Assembly: GCA_963717505.1 (NCBI GenBank) | Contig: OY970342.1 | Coordinates: 256,001-320,000 of the forward strand | Length of the DNA: 64,000 nt | Direction: 5' to 3' | Source of the DNA: Candidatus Eiseniibacteriota bacterium | GTDB taxonomy: Bacteria; Eisenbacteria; RBG-16-71-46 | Shown here: positions 39,220 through 48,911 of the stretch, in pieces | How positions within the stretch are numbered: position 1 is the stretch's first letter | Layout of the letters: every line of letters starts with the position of its first letter | The notes under the pieces: generated by a model | Seen by the model: the letters and a program-made list of their open reading frames with translations, nothing else | Told to the model about the DNA's origin: nothing | Database searches by the model: none | Program-made: the position numbers and the translations under genes

Positions 39220-40749
39220 CTAGCGGACGATCGGAATGCGTCGCGAATGGGTTCCGCCACCGACTTCGAGCAGCGCAAAGTAGAGACCCGAGGGCACCAG
39301 TCGCTGCTCCTCGTCGAGGCCGTCCCAGACGACGCTGTTGGGGCCGGCGGGTGCGGCACCGTCCTCGAGGACCGTGCGTATGCGCGCGCCGGACATGTCG
39401 TAGATCACGAGCCGCACGCGCGAAACCTGGCCGAGCGTGAAGTCGAATGTCACCGGGCCAGCGGAGGGTGACGGGTAGGGCGAACGGAAGTCCACGCTCG
39501 GCGGCGGCGGCGGTGGCGGCGGAGTCGTGGTGGTGTCGGCGACGACGCGGCGAATCTCGCCGCCCTGGTGGCAATACCAGAGCGATCCGTCAGGACCCAT
39601 CGCCCAGTCGGAGACGTTCTGGAAGCCGGTCCCCCAGTTCTGCGCCGACGGCTGACCTGGCACGGCCGGCGCCAGGATCCAGCTGCCACCGCTGTTCACG
39701 AGACGGCGCATGACGCCCGCGAAGTAGTCGGTGTAGAACACACTGCCTTCGTACGCATTCGGCCACGGACGCGAGGCTGCGGCCGGCGAACGGTAGACAC
39801 CGGCGCTGATGATCGATCGCGCGCCGGTGGCGTCGCGATCCAGCTCGGCGATCGGCGCAATGGCCGGACCGACCAGCGGCGAGCCGTTGTCGAAAGGCAG
39901 GCTGCCCTCGAATCGAGGCCAGCCGAAGTTGCGGCCCGGCGCGTCAGCCCAGTCCAGCTCTTCGCGCGCGCTCTGGCCGACGTCGGCGATCCAGAGATCG
40001 CCGTTGGTCGGATCGACCTGGAAGCGGAACGGATTGCGCAGGCCCCACGCCCACAGCAGCCGCGCGTTGAGCCCGCCCGTGGTCGAGAACGGATTGCCGG
40101 GCGGCGTGATCAGGTCGCGGGCCGCCGATCCGGGTCCCGCCGGCAGACGCGACACGTCGAGTCTCAGGATCACGCCACGAAGACTGGTGGTGTCCTGTGC
40201 AGCGCGTGGCGTGGCGTCTTCACCGAGGCTCACGTACAAGTAACCGTCGGTGCCGAAGCGCACCGTGCCGCCATTGTGGTTGCTGGCGGCGTCGGGAATG
40301 TTGGTGATCAGATCGAAGCGCGATGACGCGGCGAAGCTCAGGTCGCCGTTGCCGCTGAAGTCGAGATCGCCCGACGCGGTGAAGCGCGAGATCCGAATCA
40401 CCGCGCCGGACGACGTCGCGTGGATGTAGATGTAGGGGCGCGACGGCCAGCCGGGGTCGATCGCGATGCCGAGCAAGCCGCGCTCGCCGCCGATCGACAC
40501 GCTGGGCACGGTCAGGGCCGGATCGGTCTGGGCGACACCGTTGCCGATCACGGTGCGCACCTGCGCGGTGAACTGCTCGATCACCAGCAGACGGCCGTCG
40601 GGCAGGAACGCCATCCCCACCGGGACGTCGAAGCCGGCAATCACCCGCTCGTCCACGAAACCATCCGGGATGTCGACCTGGGCCGCGGCCGGCAGTGAGC
40701 CGAACCCCACGATCCCTCCAACCGCGATGGCGACGAGCGTGCGATTCAA
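39220..40749 (-). CDS. Exported PQQ-dependent sugar dehydrogenase, copy 4, with full-length FlgD-Ig CTD
   Basis: RBS GGAGG and TTG start; same GSDH motifs; poly-Pro linker; PYPSP...YDMSGARIR...WDG...SGLYFA. Confidence 0.88.
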   Translation of the reverse strand: MNRTLVAIAVGGIVGFGSLPAAAQVDIPDGFVDERVIAGFDVPVGMAFLPDGRLLVIEQFTAQVRTVIGNGVAQTDPALTVPSVSIGGERGLLGIAIDPGWPSRPYIYIHATSSGAVIRISRFTASGDLDFSGNGDLSFAASSRFDLITNIPDAASNHNGGTVRFGTDGYLYVSLGEDATPRAAQDTTSLRGVILRLDVSRLPAGPGSAARDLITPPGNPFSTTGGLNARLLWAWGLRNPFRFQVDPTNGDLWIADVGQSAREELDWADAPGRNFGWPRFEGSLPFDNGSPLVGPAIAPIAELDRDATGARSIISAGVYRSPAAASRPWPNAYEGSVFYTDYFAGVMRRLVNSGGSWILAPAVPGQPSAQNWGTGFQNVSDWAMGPDGSLWYCHQGGEIRRVVADTTTTPPPPPPPPSVDFRSPYPSPSAGPVTFDFTLGQVSRVRLVIYDMSGARIRTVLEDGAAPAGPNSVVWDGLDEEQRLVPSGLYFALLEVGGGTHSRRIPIVR

Positions 40750-40990
40750 GCGTTTCCTCCTGGGCCTCGGTCCCGCGCAAGGGGGCGAAAAACGCAGGCG
40801 CACGAGCCACGTTACGACATTCGTCGAGGGGCGTCATCCGTCCGAACGCGAGCCGCGTAGAGGGTTCGAGCCGAGCCGCGCCGGCAAGGCGTCTTCTTCG
40901 CGCAGTTCGCGATGGACGGCACGGTGGTCAGCCGGCCCGGCCGGGTTTGCCATTGCGCGTGTCGAGCCGCCTGCGCATACTGCCGCCGTG

Positions 40991-41917
40991 ATGCGCCGCG
41001 AACCCGCTTGGGCCGTTCTACTTCTGACGCTGGCACTGGCCGGCTGCACGAGCCGGAAGGAGCCGGCCACGCCGCCCGCCCCGCTCACGCTCGAAGAACT
41101 CAAGAACGCGACCTATCGCGGCCTCGAGGGTCTCGACCCGATCAAGCTGATGCACGGCCGCTGGGAGGACACGCCGATCGAGGGTGGCGCGCCTCGCTCG
41201 GTGCAATTCGTGCGCGACTTCGTCCGGACCGGGGATCTCGACGGCGACGGCGCCGAAGACGCCGTGGTGTTGCTCGCCGAATCTTCGGGCGGCAGCGGCG
41301 ATTTCCTCCACCTCGCGGTGGTGACCCGCCGTGACACCGTAGCCGTGAACTCGGCCACGACGCTGATCGGCGACCGGGTCCAGGTGCGCTCGGCCACGAT
41401 CGACAGCAATCGCATCGTGCTCGAAGTGGTCCAGTCGGGAACCCTCGACCCCGCGTGTTGCCCGGGCGAGCTGGCGACGCGGACCTGGACCTACGACGGC
41501 GCGACGCTGCTCCCCGGCGAGGACGACGTCGTCACCGGCCGACTGGCGGTGGCGGTCCTGAACGGCTCGGAGTGGGTGCTACGCTGGTGGGACTTTCTCG
41601 AACCGGCGACTGAGGACGTGATCGTCACGATCACCTACCAGGAAGGCCGCGTCGCCGGCAGCAGCGGCTGCAACCAGTATTCGGCCCTGGCCAAGGACGG
41701 CGAGATGCCGGGCGATCTCACGCTCGGCCCCGCGATCGGAACCCGCATGGCCTGCCCGGGACCAGCAATGGAAGTCGAATCGCGCTATCTCAGGAATCTC
41801 GCCGCGGTGAAGAAGATCGGCTTCATGGCCACGTTGCTGGCGATCAGCTACGAGCTGGACGGCCAGTACCGAGTGATGCTGTTCGAGCGCCGCGAACCGA
41901 CCTTGGCCGGAAACTAG
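40991..41917 (+). CDS. META-domain (HslJ-like) lipoprotein
   Basis: Lipobox LAGC; GDLDGDG; AGSSGCNQY...GTRMACP. Confidence 0.82.
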   Translation: MRREPAWAVLLLTLALAGCTSRKEPATPPAPLTLEELKNATYRGLEGLDPIKLMHGRWEDTPIEGGAPRSVQFVRDFVRTGDLDGDGAEDAVVLLAESSGGSGDFLHLAVVTRRDTVAVNSATTLIGDRVQVRSATIDSNRIVLEVVQSGTLDPACCPGELATRTWTYDGATLLPGEDDVVTGRLAVAVLNGSEWVLRWWDFLEPATEDVIVTITYQEGRVAGSSGCNQYSALAKDGEMPGDLTLGPAIGTRMACPGPAMEVESRYLRNLAAVKKIGFMATLLAISYELDGQYRVMLFERREPTLAGN

Positions 41918-41920
41918 CGC

Positions 41921-43183
41921 GTGCATCGCGGTTTGTCGGTGCGGATGCTCATCGGCCTGGCCGCGGGCATCCTGCTCGGCGTCGTCGCGCATCTGACCCT
42001 GCACGACACGCCGTTCCTCACCAACTTCGTCCGCTACGTCACGGACCCGGTCGGCAAGATCTTCCTGCGCCTGCTGTTCGTGCTGGTGATCCCGCTGATC
42101 GTGTCGGCGCTGGCGCTCGGCGTCGCCGGGGTCGGCGACATGAGCCGGCTCGGACGCATCGGGCTCAAGACGCTGGCATACACGGTGGTGGTCTCTGCGA
42201 TCGCCGTGCTGATCGGCGTGGCGCTGGTCAATCTGGTGCGACCGGGTGAGGGGCTCTCGCCCGAGATCAAGCAGCAATTGCTGGCGCGGCCGGCGGCGGC
42301 GCTGCCCGCAGCACCCAGCGCCGGCAACAGTGGTATGGACTTCGTGGTCGCCCTGGTGCCGATGAACGCGATCAAGGCGATGGCCGAGGGCGACATGCTC
42401 GCGGTCATGGTGTTCTCGCTGCTGCTCGGCATCGGGCTGACGCTGACCCGCACCGAGCCGGCCCGACGCCTCGAGGAAATGCTCCAGGGGCTCTACGACG
42501 TGGTCATGAAGCTGCTCGGATTGGTGATCCAGATGGCGCCGATCGCGGTCGCCTGCCTGTTGTTCACGCTGACCGCCAACCTCGGCTGGGGAGTTCTGCT
42601 CCAACTCGGCGCTTACGTGCTGGTGGTGGTCACCGCACTCGCGATCCAGCAGTTCGTCGTCTACTCGATAACCGTCTCTTGGCTCGGCGGCATGAACCCG
42701 ATCCACTTCTTCCGATCGATTCGCGAGGCGATGCTGACCGCGTTCTCGACCGCATCGAGCAACGCCACGCTGCCGACCTCGATTCACGTTGCCGAGCAGA
42801 ATTTGAAGCTGCCGCGCCACGTCAGCCGGTTCGTGCTGACCATCGGCTCGACCGCAAACCAGAATGGCACCGCGCTGTTCGAAGGCGTGACCGTGCTGTT
42901 CCTCGCCCAGTTCTACGGCATCGACCTGAGCTTCGCCCAGCAGCTGACCGTGGTGTTCATCTGCATCCTGGGCGGCATTGGCACCGCCGGCGTGCCGGCC
43001 GGATCGATCCCGGTCGTCATCATGATCCTCGGCATGGTCGGCGTTCCGGCCGAAGGCATCGGCATGATCCTCGGCGTCGACCGGTTCCTCGACATGTGTC
43101 GGACGACGCTCAACGTCACCGGCGACCTGGCGGCGGCGGTGGTGGTGTCGCGCGGCGAGGCGATCGAGCCCGAAGGGCTGTAA
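41921..43183 (+). CDS. Dicarboxylate/amino acid:cation symporter (GltP family)
   Basis: AFSTASSNATLP, ANQNGTALF and DRFLDMCRTTLNVTGD motifs. Confidence 0.93.
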   Translation: MHRGLSVRMLIGLAAGILLGVVAHLTLHDTPFLTNFVRYVTDPVGKIFLRLLFVLVIPLIVSALALGVAGVGDMSRLGRIGLKTLAYTVVVSAIAVLIGVALVNLVRPGEGLSPEIKQQLLARPAAALPAAPSAGNSGMDFVVALVPMNAIKAMAEGDMLAVMVFSLLLGIGLTLTRTEPARRLEEMLQGLYDVVMKLLGLVIQMAPIAVACLLFTLTANLGWGVLLQLGAYVLVVVTALAIQQFVVYSITVSWLGGMNPIHFFRSIREAMLTAFSTASSNATLPTSIHVAEQNLKLPRHVSRFVLTIGSTANQNGTALFEGVTVLFLAQFYGIDLSFAQQLTVVFICILGGIGTAGVPAGSIPVVIMILGMVGVPAEGIGMILGVDRFLDMCRTTLNVTGDLAAAVVVSRGEAIEPEGL

Positions 43184-43186
43184 CTG

Positions 43187-44830
43187 CTACCGCGTCGTAT
43201 CCGGCGTGGCCGTCAGGTTGCGCAGGTCGTAGACCGAGTACTTCTTCGCTGCGTACAGGAAGTACGGCGCCAGGTCCGGCCGCTCGCCCTTCATCATGTA
43301 GTGCGTCGCGCCGTACTTTTCACGCAATGCGATCAGTTCCGGGATCGATAGGCTGTCGACGTTGGCCTCGAGCTGCTTGCCGATCCGGAAGCCTTTCTCG
43401 GTGAACGCCTCGCCCCGGTTCAAGTCCATCAGGCGTTCGCGCCATTCGATCAATCGGCGATCGAGCGGCGGGTGGCGCATCGACGCGATCTGCGCGCGCT
43501 CGGCGACCGGCCAGAATCCGTAGATGGTCGAGGTCACGAACACGGCGTCCTTCGGCGTGTTGTCGCGGATCCAGTCGAGCAGCTCCTCTTTCTCCTGGGG
43601 TCGCGGCCAGTCGCCGCGCATCACTTCGCCCAGGAATGTGTCGGGGGCATCGAGCGCCTTCTTGAGCACGTCGCGCTTGTACACCATCCAGCCGCCACCA
43701 GCGAGCACCAGGATCCACACCACCCACCCGAATCGCTTGATCGCCTCGCCGCTCGCCATCCACCCGAACAGGAAGATGAAGAAGAATAGCGGCGGCAAGG
43801 CACTCCCCAACTGGCCGGGATAGACCTTGAGCACGGTATCGAGCGCCAGTCGCTGCGCCACCACCGCGATCATGAAAAACCCGATCATCGCCAACACCCA
43901 CGCGCCGACGAATCGCGCCTCGCGCCGCTGCGGCCAGGCGAGGATCAGCAACGGCGCGAGCACGAACACGATGCCGGCGCCGGTCCACCGGTCCTGGCGC
44001 AACATGTAGTAGTCGACGTCGCAGCAGTGCGGCATCGCGAAGCGCACATAGATGTGGTCCATGAGCGCGCGTTCCTGGCTGGTGGCGCCCGAGGAGTGGA
44101 ACAGGACGACCGCGCCGACCAGCGGCACGATGAACGGGGCCGCGGCCGCCAGGAACACGAGGACCTGCCGCAGCGTGTATTCCTTGCGGCGCACCAGCAA
44201 CGTGATTGCCATCGCCAGCAAGGCCCACCCGCCGACGATGATGTGAAACGCTGTACCGAGTCCGGCCGCAGCACCGGCCCATGCCATTCGGCCGCGCAGC
44301 AGCAGCCAGACGGCGAAGAACATCAACGGGTACGAGAACGACTTGGGCTGGAAGCCCTCGAGCATCGAGCCGCACCAAGCCAGGGTCTGCCCCCATACCA
44401 GCCAGACCGCGAAGCCGGCGACCATCGCCCAGGGCCGGATGCGCAGCTCCTTGCAGACCAAGGCGATCGACCACGCGAGCAGCCCCCAGCACAGGAGCCG
44501 GCCGAGGATCACGATCAGGAAGCCGTCGCGGCTCAGTGCCCACAGTGGCGCCAACAGGTAGTCGTAGAGCGCGGTGGTCGCCGGCAGCTTGGCCCAGGTG
44601 AAGTCGTTGGCCAGGAACGACGGGTCGTGCACTCGGCGCGAGCCGATCAGATAGAGCTGCTCGTGGAACGCGACCCGGGTCTCCCAGCAGAAGACCAGCA
44701 TGAACAGGAAGATGAACCCGGCGGCGATCGTGTAGGGGTCGCGCAGAAGACGGAGCACGCCGCCCCCGGGGGGCCTGGCGTCGGTCGAGCGGTCGGTGGG
44801 TGTGTTCGAGGGCTGGGGGTGGACGAGCAT
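43187..44830 (-). CDS. Polytopic membrane protein, GT-C / DUF6798-like
   Basis: DPSFLANDF, PKSFSYP, AFHIIVG, WIRDNTPKDAVF; about 12 TM segments. Confidence 0.55.
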   Translation of the reverse strand: MLVHPQPSNTPTDRSTDARPPGGGVLRLLRDPYTIAAGFIFLFMLVFCWETRVAFHEQLYLIGSRRVHDPSFLANDFTWAKLPATTALYDYLLAPLWALSRDGFLIVILGRLLCWGLLAWSIALVCKELRIRPWAMVAGFAVWLVWGQTLAWCGSMLEGFQPKSFSYPLMFFAVWLLLRGRMAWAGAAAGLGTAFHIIVGGWALLAMAITLLVRRKEYTLRQVLVFLAAAAPFIVPLVGAVVLFHSSGATSQERALMDHIYVRFAMPHCCDVDYYMLRQDRWTGAGIVFVLAPLLILAWPQRREARFVGAWVLAMIGFFMIAVVAQRLALDTVLKVYPGQLGSALPPLFFFIFLFGWMASGEAIKRFGWVVWILVLAGGGWMVYKRDVLKKALDAPDTFLGEVMRGDWPRPQEKEELLDWIRDNTPKDAVFVTSTIYGFWPVAERAQIASMRHPPLDRRLIEWRERLMDLNRGEAFTEKGFRIGKQLEANVDSLSIPELIALREKYGATHYMMKGERPDLAPYFLYAAKKYSVYDLRNLTATPDTTR

Positions 44831-44887
44831 CGGCGAGCAACCATAACACCAGCCTGGAGAAACGGATCGGGCTACCGGGAATGATTT

Positions 44888-44913
44888 GGGGGTGGCGTAG
44901 GGGCGCCACCCCC
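44888..44913. terminator. Hairpin downstream of the IPTL-CTERM-like gene
   Basis: GGGGGTGGCG-TAGGGG-CGCCACCCCC; no clear U-tract. Confidence 0.4.
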
Positions 44914-44935
44914 GGGTGCGGCCTGGAGGACCAGT

Positions 44936-45781
44936 CTAGGCCGCGATACGCGCGCGCTTCTTCCGGAGCACGACCAACCCGACGCCGGCCAGCGCGAAAC
45001 CGAGGAGTGCGATGCTCACCGGCGACTGACCGGGCACGTTGACGGCCCCCTCGGTGTGGCTGGACGACCCGACCGCCGCCGTCGCCGACGAAGGGACATT
45101 CACGATCTTCGTGACATTGTTGGCGCGAATGTTCAGCGTATTTCCGGCCGATTGGTCGATCACGAAATTGCCGGAAGTGAAACCACCCGCGAACGACGCC
45201 GTGGGCACCAGCCCTGGTCTCGACTCGACCCGGATCGTGCCGACGAACACCGCGCCGGCGCCGTTCCCGTCGACATCGGCCTGGGCGGTGGCCGCGTCCG
45301 GATAGACGCGCAGGTTGCTGCTCGTGCCGGTCGAGCGGTTGGACGGGCTCTGAACCCGAAGCAGACCGTTCATGACCACCTGGACCTGAGTCGCGTTGAC
45401 CGGAGTCATGACGATGTCCATCGAGTCGATGACCGTGGTGTCGCCGACGGCCGCCACGCCCGGACCCGCCGTGGCGAGTCCCTTGATGAAGGTGCGGCGA
45501 AAGATGTCCCCATCGGCTGCGCCTGCGCGCGCACTGCCATAGCCAACATTGGCGCCGGCGTTCCCTGAACGGAAGCACACGCGGGCCAGCACACCGCCAC
45601 CCGCGACAGCGAAATCACTACACGGTCCAATGCCACCCGCCGCATCGGCTCCGACGCTGACGTAGCGGAACCCCGGGGCCGAGATGGCCACAGCGTGCGC
45701 TCCGGCCAGGGCGGCAAAGCCCGCCAAGCCTACGGCGGTGAGGAGTGCGACGGCGGCCTGCTTGTGAACGTTTCGAATCAT
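44936..45781 (-). CDS. Exported protein with an IPTL-CTERM-like (exosortase-type) C-terminal anchor
   Basis: RBS GGAGG; signal peptide AHA|V; ends VPGQSPVSIALLGFALAGVGLVVL-RKKR. Confidence 0.7.
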   Translation of the reverse strand: MIRNVHKQAAVALLTAVGLAGFAALAGAHAVAISAPGFRYVSVGADAAGGIGPCSDFAVAGGGVLARVCFRSGNAGANVGYGSARAGAADGDIFRRTFIKGLATAGPGVAAVGDTTVIDSMDIVMTPVNATQVQVVMNGLLRVQSPSNRSTGTSSNLRVYPDAATAQADVDGNGAGAVFVGTIRVESRPGLVPTASFAGGFTSGNFVIDQSAGNTLNIRANNVTKIVNVPSSATAAVGSSSHTEGAVNVPGQSPVSIALLGFALAGVGLVVLRKKRARIAA

Positions 45782-45851
45782 CGTGTTTCCTCCTGTCCCG
45801 TCGACCAAACCGGCCGGCGGCACGTATGGGATGGGAGGCTGCGAGCCCATG

Positions 45852-45911
45852 AACAAAAAGAAACGAGCCGGCCCCTCAATGGTGAACTTCGACCGAGAGG
45901 GGCTCGGCTCG
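45852..45911 (-). terminator. Intrinsic terminator or attenuator hairpin
   Basis: CGAGCCGAGCCCCTC...GAGGGGCCGGCTCG followed by TTTCTTTTTGTT. Confidence 0.7.
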
Positions 45912-45920
45912 ATGCGCGGA

Positions 45921-45948
45921 ATTATGCGCCCGACGATCGGAAAGTCAA
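45921..45948 (-). promoter_or_regulatory. Candidate sigma70 promoter
   Basis: TTGACT-N16-CATAAT. Confidence 0.55.
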
Positions 45949-45982
45949 CGACTTGTTTCGGGGTCGGGTTTCGCCGCGAATT

Positions 45983-47020
45983 CTAGGGTGTTTGCGGCCG
46001 GTTCCCGTTGCCGTAGCGGGTCATCGCCAGCTCGACGATTCCGTTGATCAGCCCGGGGTAGTCGCGGCCTGACTCCTGGGCCGCCATCGCGAACTCGGCG
46101 CCGGGCAACAGGTGCGGGTTGGGGTTGACCTCGAGCACGTGCACCGTGCCGTCGCTCGCCACGCGAAAGTCGATGCGGCCGTAGTCGCGCAGCTCGAGCG
46201 CCTGGAACGCCTGGACCGCGGTCTGCTGGAGCTTGGCGGTCAGCTCCTCATCGAGATCCTTGGGGAAGAACGGCTGCGTGATCTTGTACGCCTCGGTGTC
46301 TTCCTCCCACTTCACTTCAGTGCCCGCGATCTTGGGCGTGCCCTTCGGCAGCTTGGACAGATCCAGCTCGACCACGGGTAGCGCCTCGGCGCGCTCGTTG
46401 CCGATCACCGCGACGTAGAACTCGCGGCCCTCGATGTACTCCTCGATCAGCGCCGGCGTATCGAAGTGCGCGTGGATGTAGTCGATGCGCTCCATCAGCT
46501 CCTTGATCGACCCACACACGGCACCAAACTGGATGCCGATCGAGCCGTCCTCGCGCGCCGGCTTGACGATCACCGGGAACGAGATGTCGTGCGCGTGCTC
46601 GGTGCGGCCGCGGAACACCAGGGCGAAGGTCGGCGTGTGGATACCGTGGAACTGGAAGATCTTCTTGGCCAGGGCCTTGTCCTGCGCCAGGTAGAGACCG
46701 TGGGACCCGGCGCCGGTGAAACGCCGGCCGAGCAGCTCGAGATACGCGGCGACGTTGGTGTCGTAGCCGTCGTTGCCGCCGAACGACTCGACCAGGTTGA
46801 AGATCAGGTCGGTCTCGGTCTCGGCCAGCTCCTTGAGGCAATCCGGCGTGCCGTCGAGCCGCAGGAAGATGGGGCTGTGCCCGACTTCCTTGAGCGTCTC
46901 GTAGATCTTCTGGATGTCGTCGTCGGGCGACTGGCGCTTGGGGCGCGGACGTTCGCCGTCACGCGCCTCGTCTTCGTCCCACCAGTAGTCGTAGAGCACG
47001 CCGATGCGGAGCTTGGCCAA
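45983..47020 (-). CDS. D-Ala-D-Ala ligase-like ATP-grasp enzyme
   Basis: FNLVES, DKALAK, VKPAREDGSIGI, EEYIEGRE, YGRIDFR and LEVNPNP motifs. Confidence 0.85.
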   Translation of the reverse strand: MAKLRIGVLYDYWWDEDEARDGERPRPKRQSPDDDIQKIYETLKEVGHSPIFLRLDGTPDCLKELAETETDLIFNLVESFGGNDGYDTNVAAYLELLGRRFTGAGSHGLYLAQDKALAKKIFQFHGIHTPTFALVFRGRTEHAHDISFPVIVKPAREDGSIGIQFGAVCGSIKELMERIDYIHAHFDTPALIEEYIEGREFYVAVIGNERAEALPVVELDLSKLPKGTPKIAGTEVKWEEDTEAYKITQPFFPKDLDEELTAKLQQTAVQAFQALELRDYGRIDFRVASDGTVHVLEVNPNPHLLPGAEFAMAAQESGRDYPGLINGIVELAMTRYGNGNRPQTP

Positions 47021-47072
47021 TGGATGCCTCCCGCCCCTGGGAACTCGGGGACCCCTTCCGTGGGTTCCGGGC

Positions 47073-48086
47073 TCAGCTCAGGACGAATCTCCCCCGCGTC
47101 AGGTAGTTCATCGCCATCGTGGTGCCGTACGCGGTCAGCTCCACGAGATATTCGCCCTCCCGGGTGGTCGCGGCCTGGAGCCCGAGTTCCCGGCAGGTGC
47201 GGATGATGCGCTCGACCAGCGCGCGCACGACCGGGCGCTTGACCCCGGTCCAGTAGGTGATCTTGTCGGTCAGCGTCTCGCGGTGCGCCTGTAGAAGATC
47301 GGCCGCCGGGCGCACGTTCTTGCGCCGGCGTCCGGCCGGAATGAACAGATCGGCAAGGTCGCTTTCCAGCGCCACGTTCACGCCTGCCCCGTTCTGGCGA
47401 ATCAGCCGCCGGTAGAACTGCGCCACCGTGAGCTTCATGTCCTCGACCGTGATGTCGAAATCTCCAGTCGACACCGCCGGATCCTGATCGCGGACCGAAC
47501 GTACGACGCGGTCAACATACCGCAGCTTGATGAGCGCTGGCCAGAGCTTGTACTTGTGCCGCCAGTTGGAACGCGGCGTCAACCACACCGCAAACGTTTC
47601 GGCGAAGTCTTCGTCGGGGTGCTTCTGCGCGTACCAGCCCGCAATGTGCCGCACGTACTTGCGGCTGAACGGCACCGGACGGTAGTGGTCGCGATAGCGT
47701 CGGTTGTAGGGGCCGAACAGCTTGCGCCACTCGGGCGTCGCATACAGACGATACGCGTAGTTGAACGCGTGGCCGGCCTCGTGACGCAGGTACATCATGA
47801 TCTCCTGCGCGTCTTCGAGGTCGTTCATCTGGCGTTCGAGTCGGGCGAGCTTGGGATCGGCGAGATAGAACGGAATCCCGATTACCGGCTGTCCGTCGGG
47901 ACAGCCCCACTCGTCGGTCAAGTAGCACACCGGCCGAAATTTCTTGAGCCCCTTGCGCTCCAGCTCGCGATAGAGCTGATGGACGAAGTGCTCGACCGGC
48001 GAACCCTCGAGCCGCAGTCCGAGCTGGCTGATGCGCTTGCCGAGCAGCTCCTGAACGTCGGGCGGGGTTTTCTCGAAGTCGGTCAT
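47073..48086 (-). CDS. Putative zinc-binding metallopeptidase, partner of the ATP-grasp ligase
   Basis: DEWGCPDG, IPFYLA, LRHEAGH and YAQKHPDEDFAETF motifs. Confidence 0.82.
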   Translation of the reverse strand: MTDFEKTPPDVQELLGKRISQLGLRLEGSPVEHFVHQLYRELERKGLKKFRPVCYLTDEWGCPDGQPVIGIPFYLADPKLARLERQMNDLEDAQEIMMYLRHEAGHAFNYAYRLYATPEWRKLFGPYNRRYRDHYRPVPFSRKYVRHIAGWYAQKHPDEDFAETFAVWLTPRSNWRHKYKLWPALIKLRYVDRVVRSVRDQDPAVSTGDFDITVEDMKLTVAQFYRRLIRQNGAGVNVALESDLADLFIPAGRRRKNVRPAADLLQAHRETLTDKITYWTGVKRPVVRALVERIIRTCRELGLQAATTREGEYLVELTAYGTTMAMNYLTRGRFVLS

Positions 48087-48184
48087 GGTTCCGGATGAGG
48101 GTCGAGGGGCTGAGGCAGCCGCTGATGCTATCCGGCCCCTCGGGGGGCGACAAGCGCTGCGCGGTTCCGCTAGATTGGGCGGGA

Positions 48185-48889
48185 ATGTCGGCAAAGACGC
48201 GACCTCGCGAACCACGTCACTGGGTGTGGCGCATTTTGACGATGCTGGCTCTGCTCGCGGGGCTCTACGATCCGGCGTGGGCGCAGTCCGACCCGGCGCC
48301 GGCGCCGCCCAAGCTCGCACGGCCACGCTCGGTGGTCCCCACCTGAAGTGGTTGACCCGGCGAGGGGGCGCCGCTCCGGGGGAGCGGACTTCATACTCCG
48401 TGGACCATGTCGTTGCGCTGGGTGGACTTCGAGGTCGAGCGCGCGCGCTGGCGGGCGACTGCGGCTTATCGGATCCTGCACACCGTTCAGCTCGGCGTTG
48501 AGTACAATATCGCCGCCAACGAGTTGGCGCCGCTCGCGACCTGGTTCCTGATGACCGAGGACGATCGCCGGCCGGCGGTGTTCCTGGGGACCAGCTCCGA
48601 TCGGATCGGTTCGCCGGAAGGCACGCAGTCGTACTACCTGACCGCAGCCAAGGCGTTCCCGGTCGTGCGCACGGCGCCCTACGTGACCATCAACTACTCC
48701 GAATGGGATTCCGGATGGAACATCCCCTTCGGGGCCAACGTCGACCTAGGTGGCGGGTTCTCGGTGCTGCCGATGTACGATGGCGAGCGCGGGCATCTCA
48801 CCGGCAGCTGGTCGAACGACCGAATGAGCGTCACGGCGCTTTGGGTGTGGTTCGAACATTTCGGCGTGGCCGCGGCCGTGGGATTCTGA
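48185..48889 (+). CDS. Candidate selenoprotein (234 aa): signal peptide, UxxU motif (two in-frame UGA at codons 54 and 57) and an outer-membrane beta-barrel
   Basis: ORFs 48095..48346 and 48407..48889 share one frame and are joined by ACC-TGA-AGT-GGT-TGA-CCC. A SECIS-like hairpin follows. Ends in the barrel-type signal FGVAAAVGF. Confidence 0.7.
48371..48387 (+). promoter_or_regulatory. Candidate bacterial SECIS hairpin
   Basis: CCGCTCC-GGG-GGAGCGG; G-rich apical loop about 22 nt after the second UGA and about 31 nt after the first. Confidence 0.55.
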
Positions 48890-48911
48890 ACTCTCGAAGG
48901 AGATCGATGTC

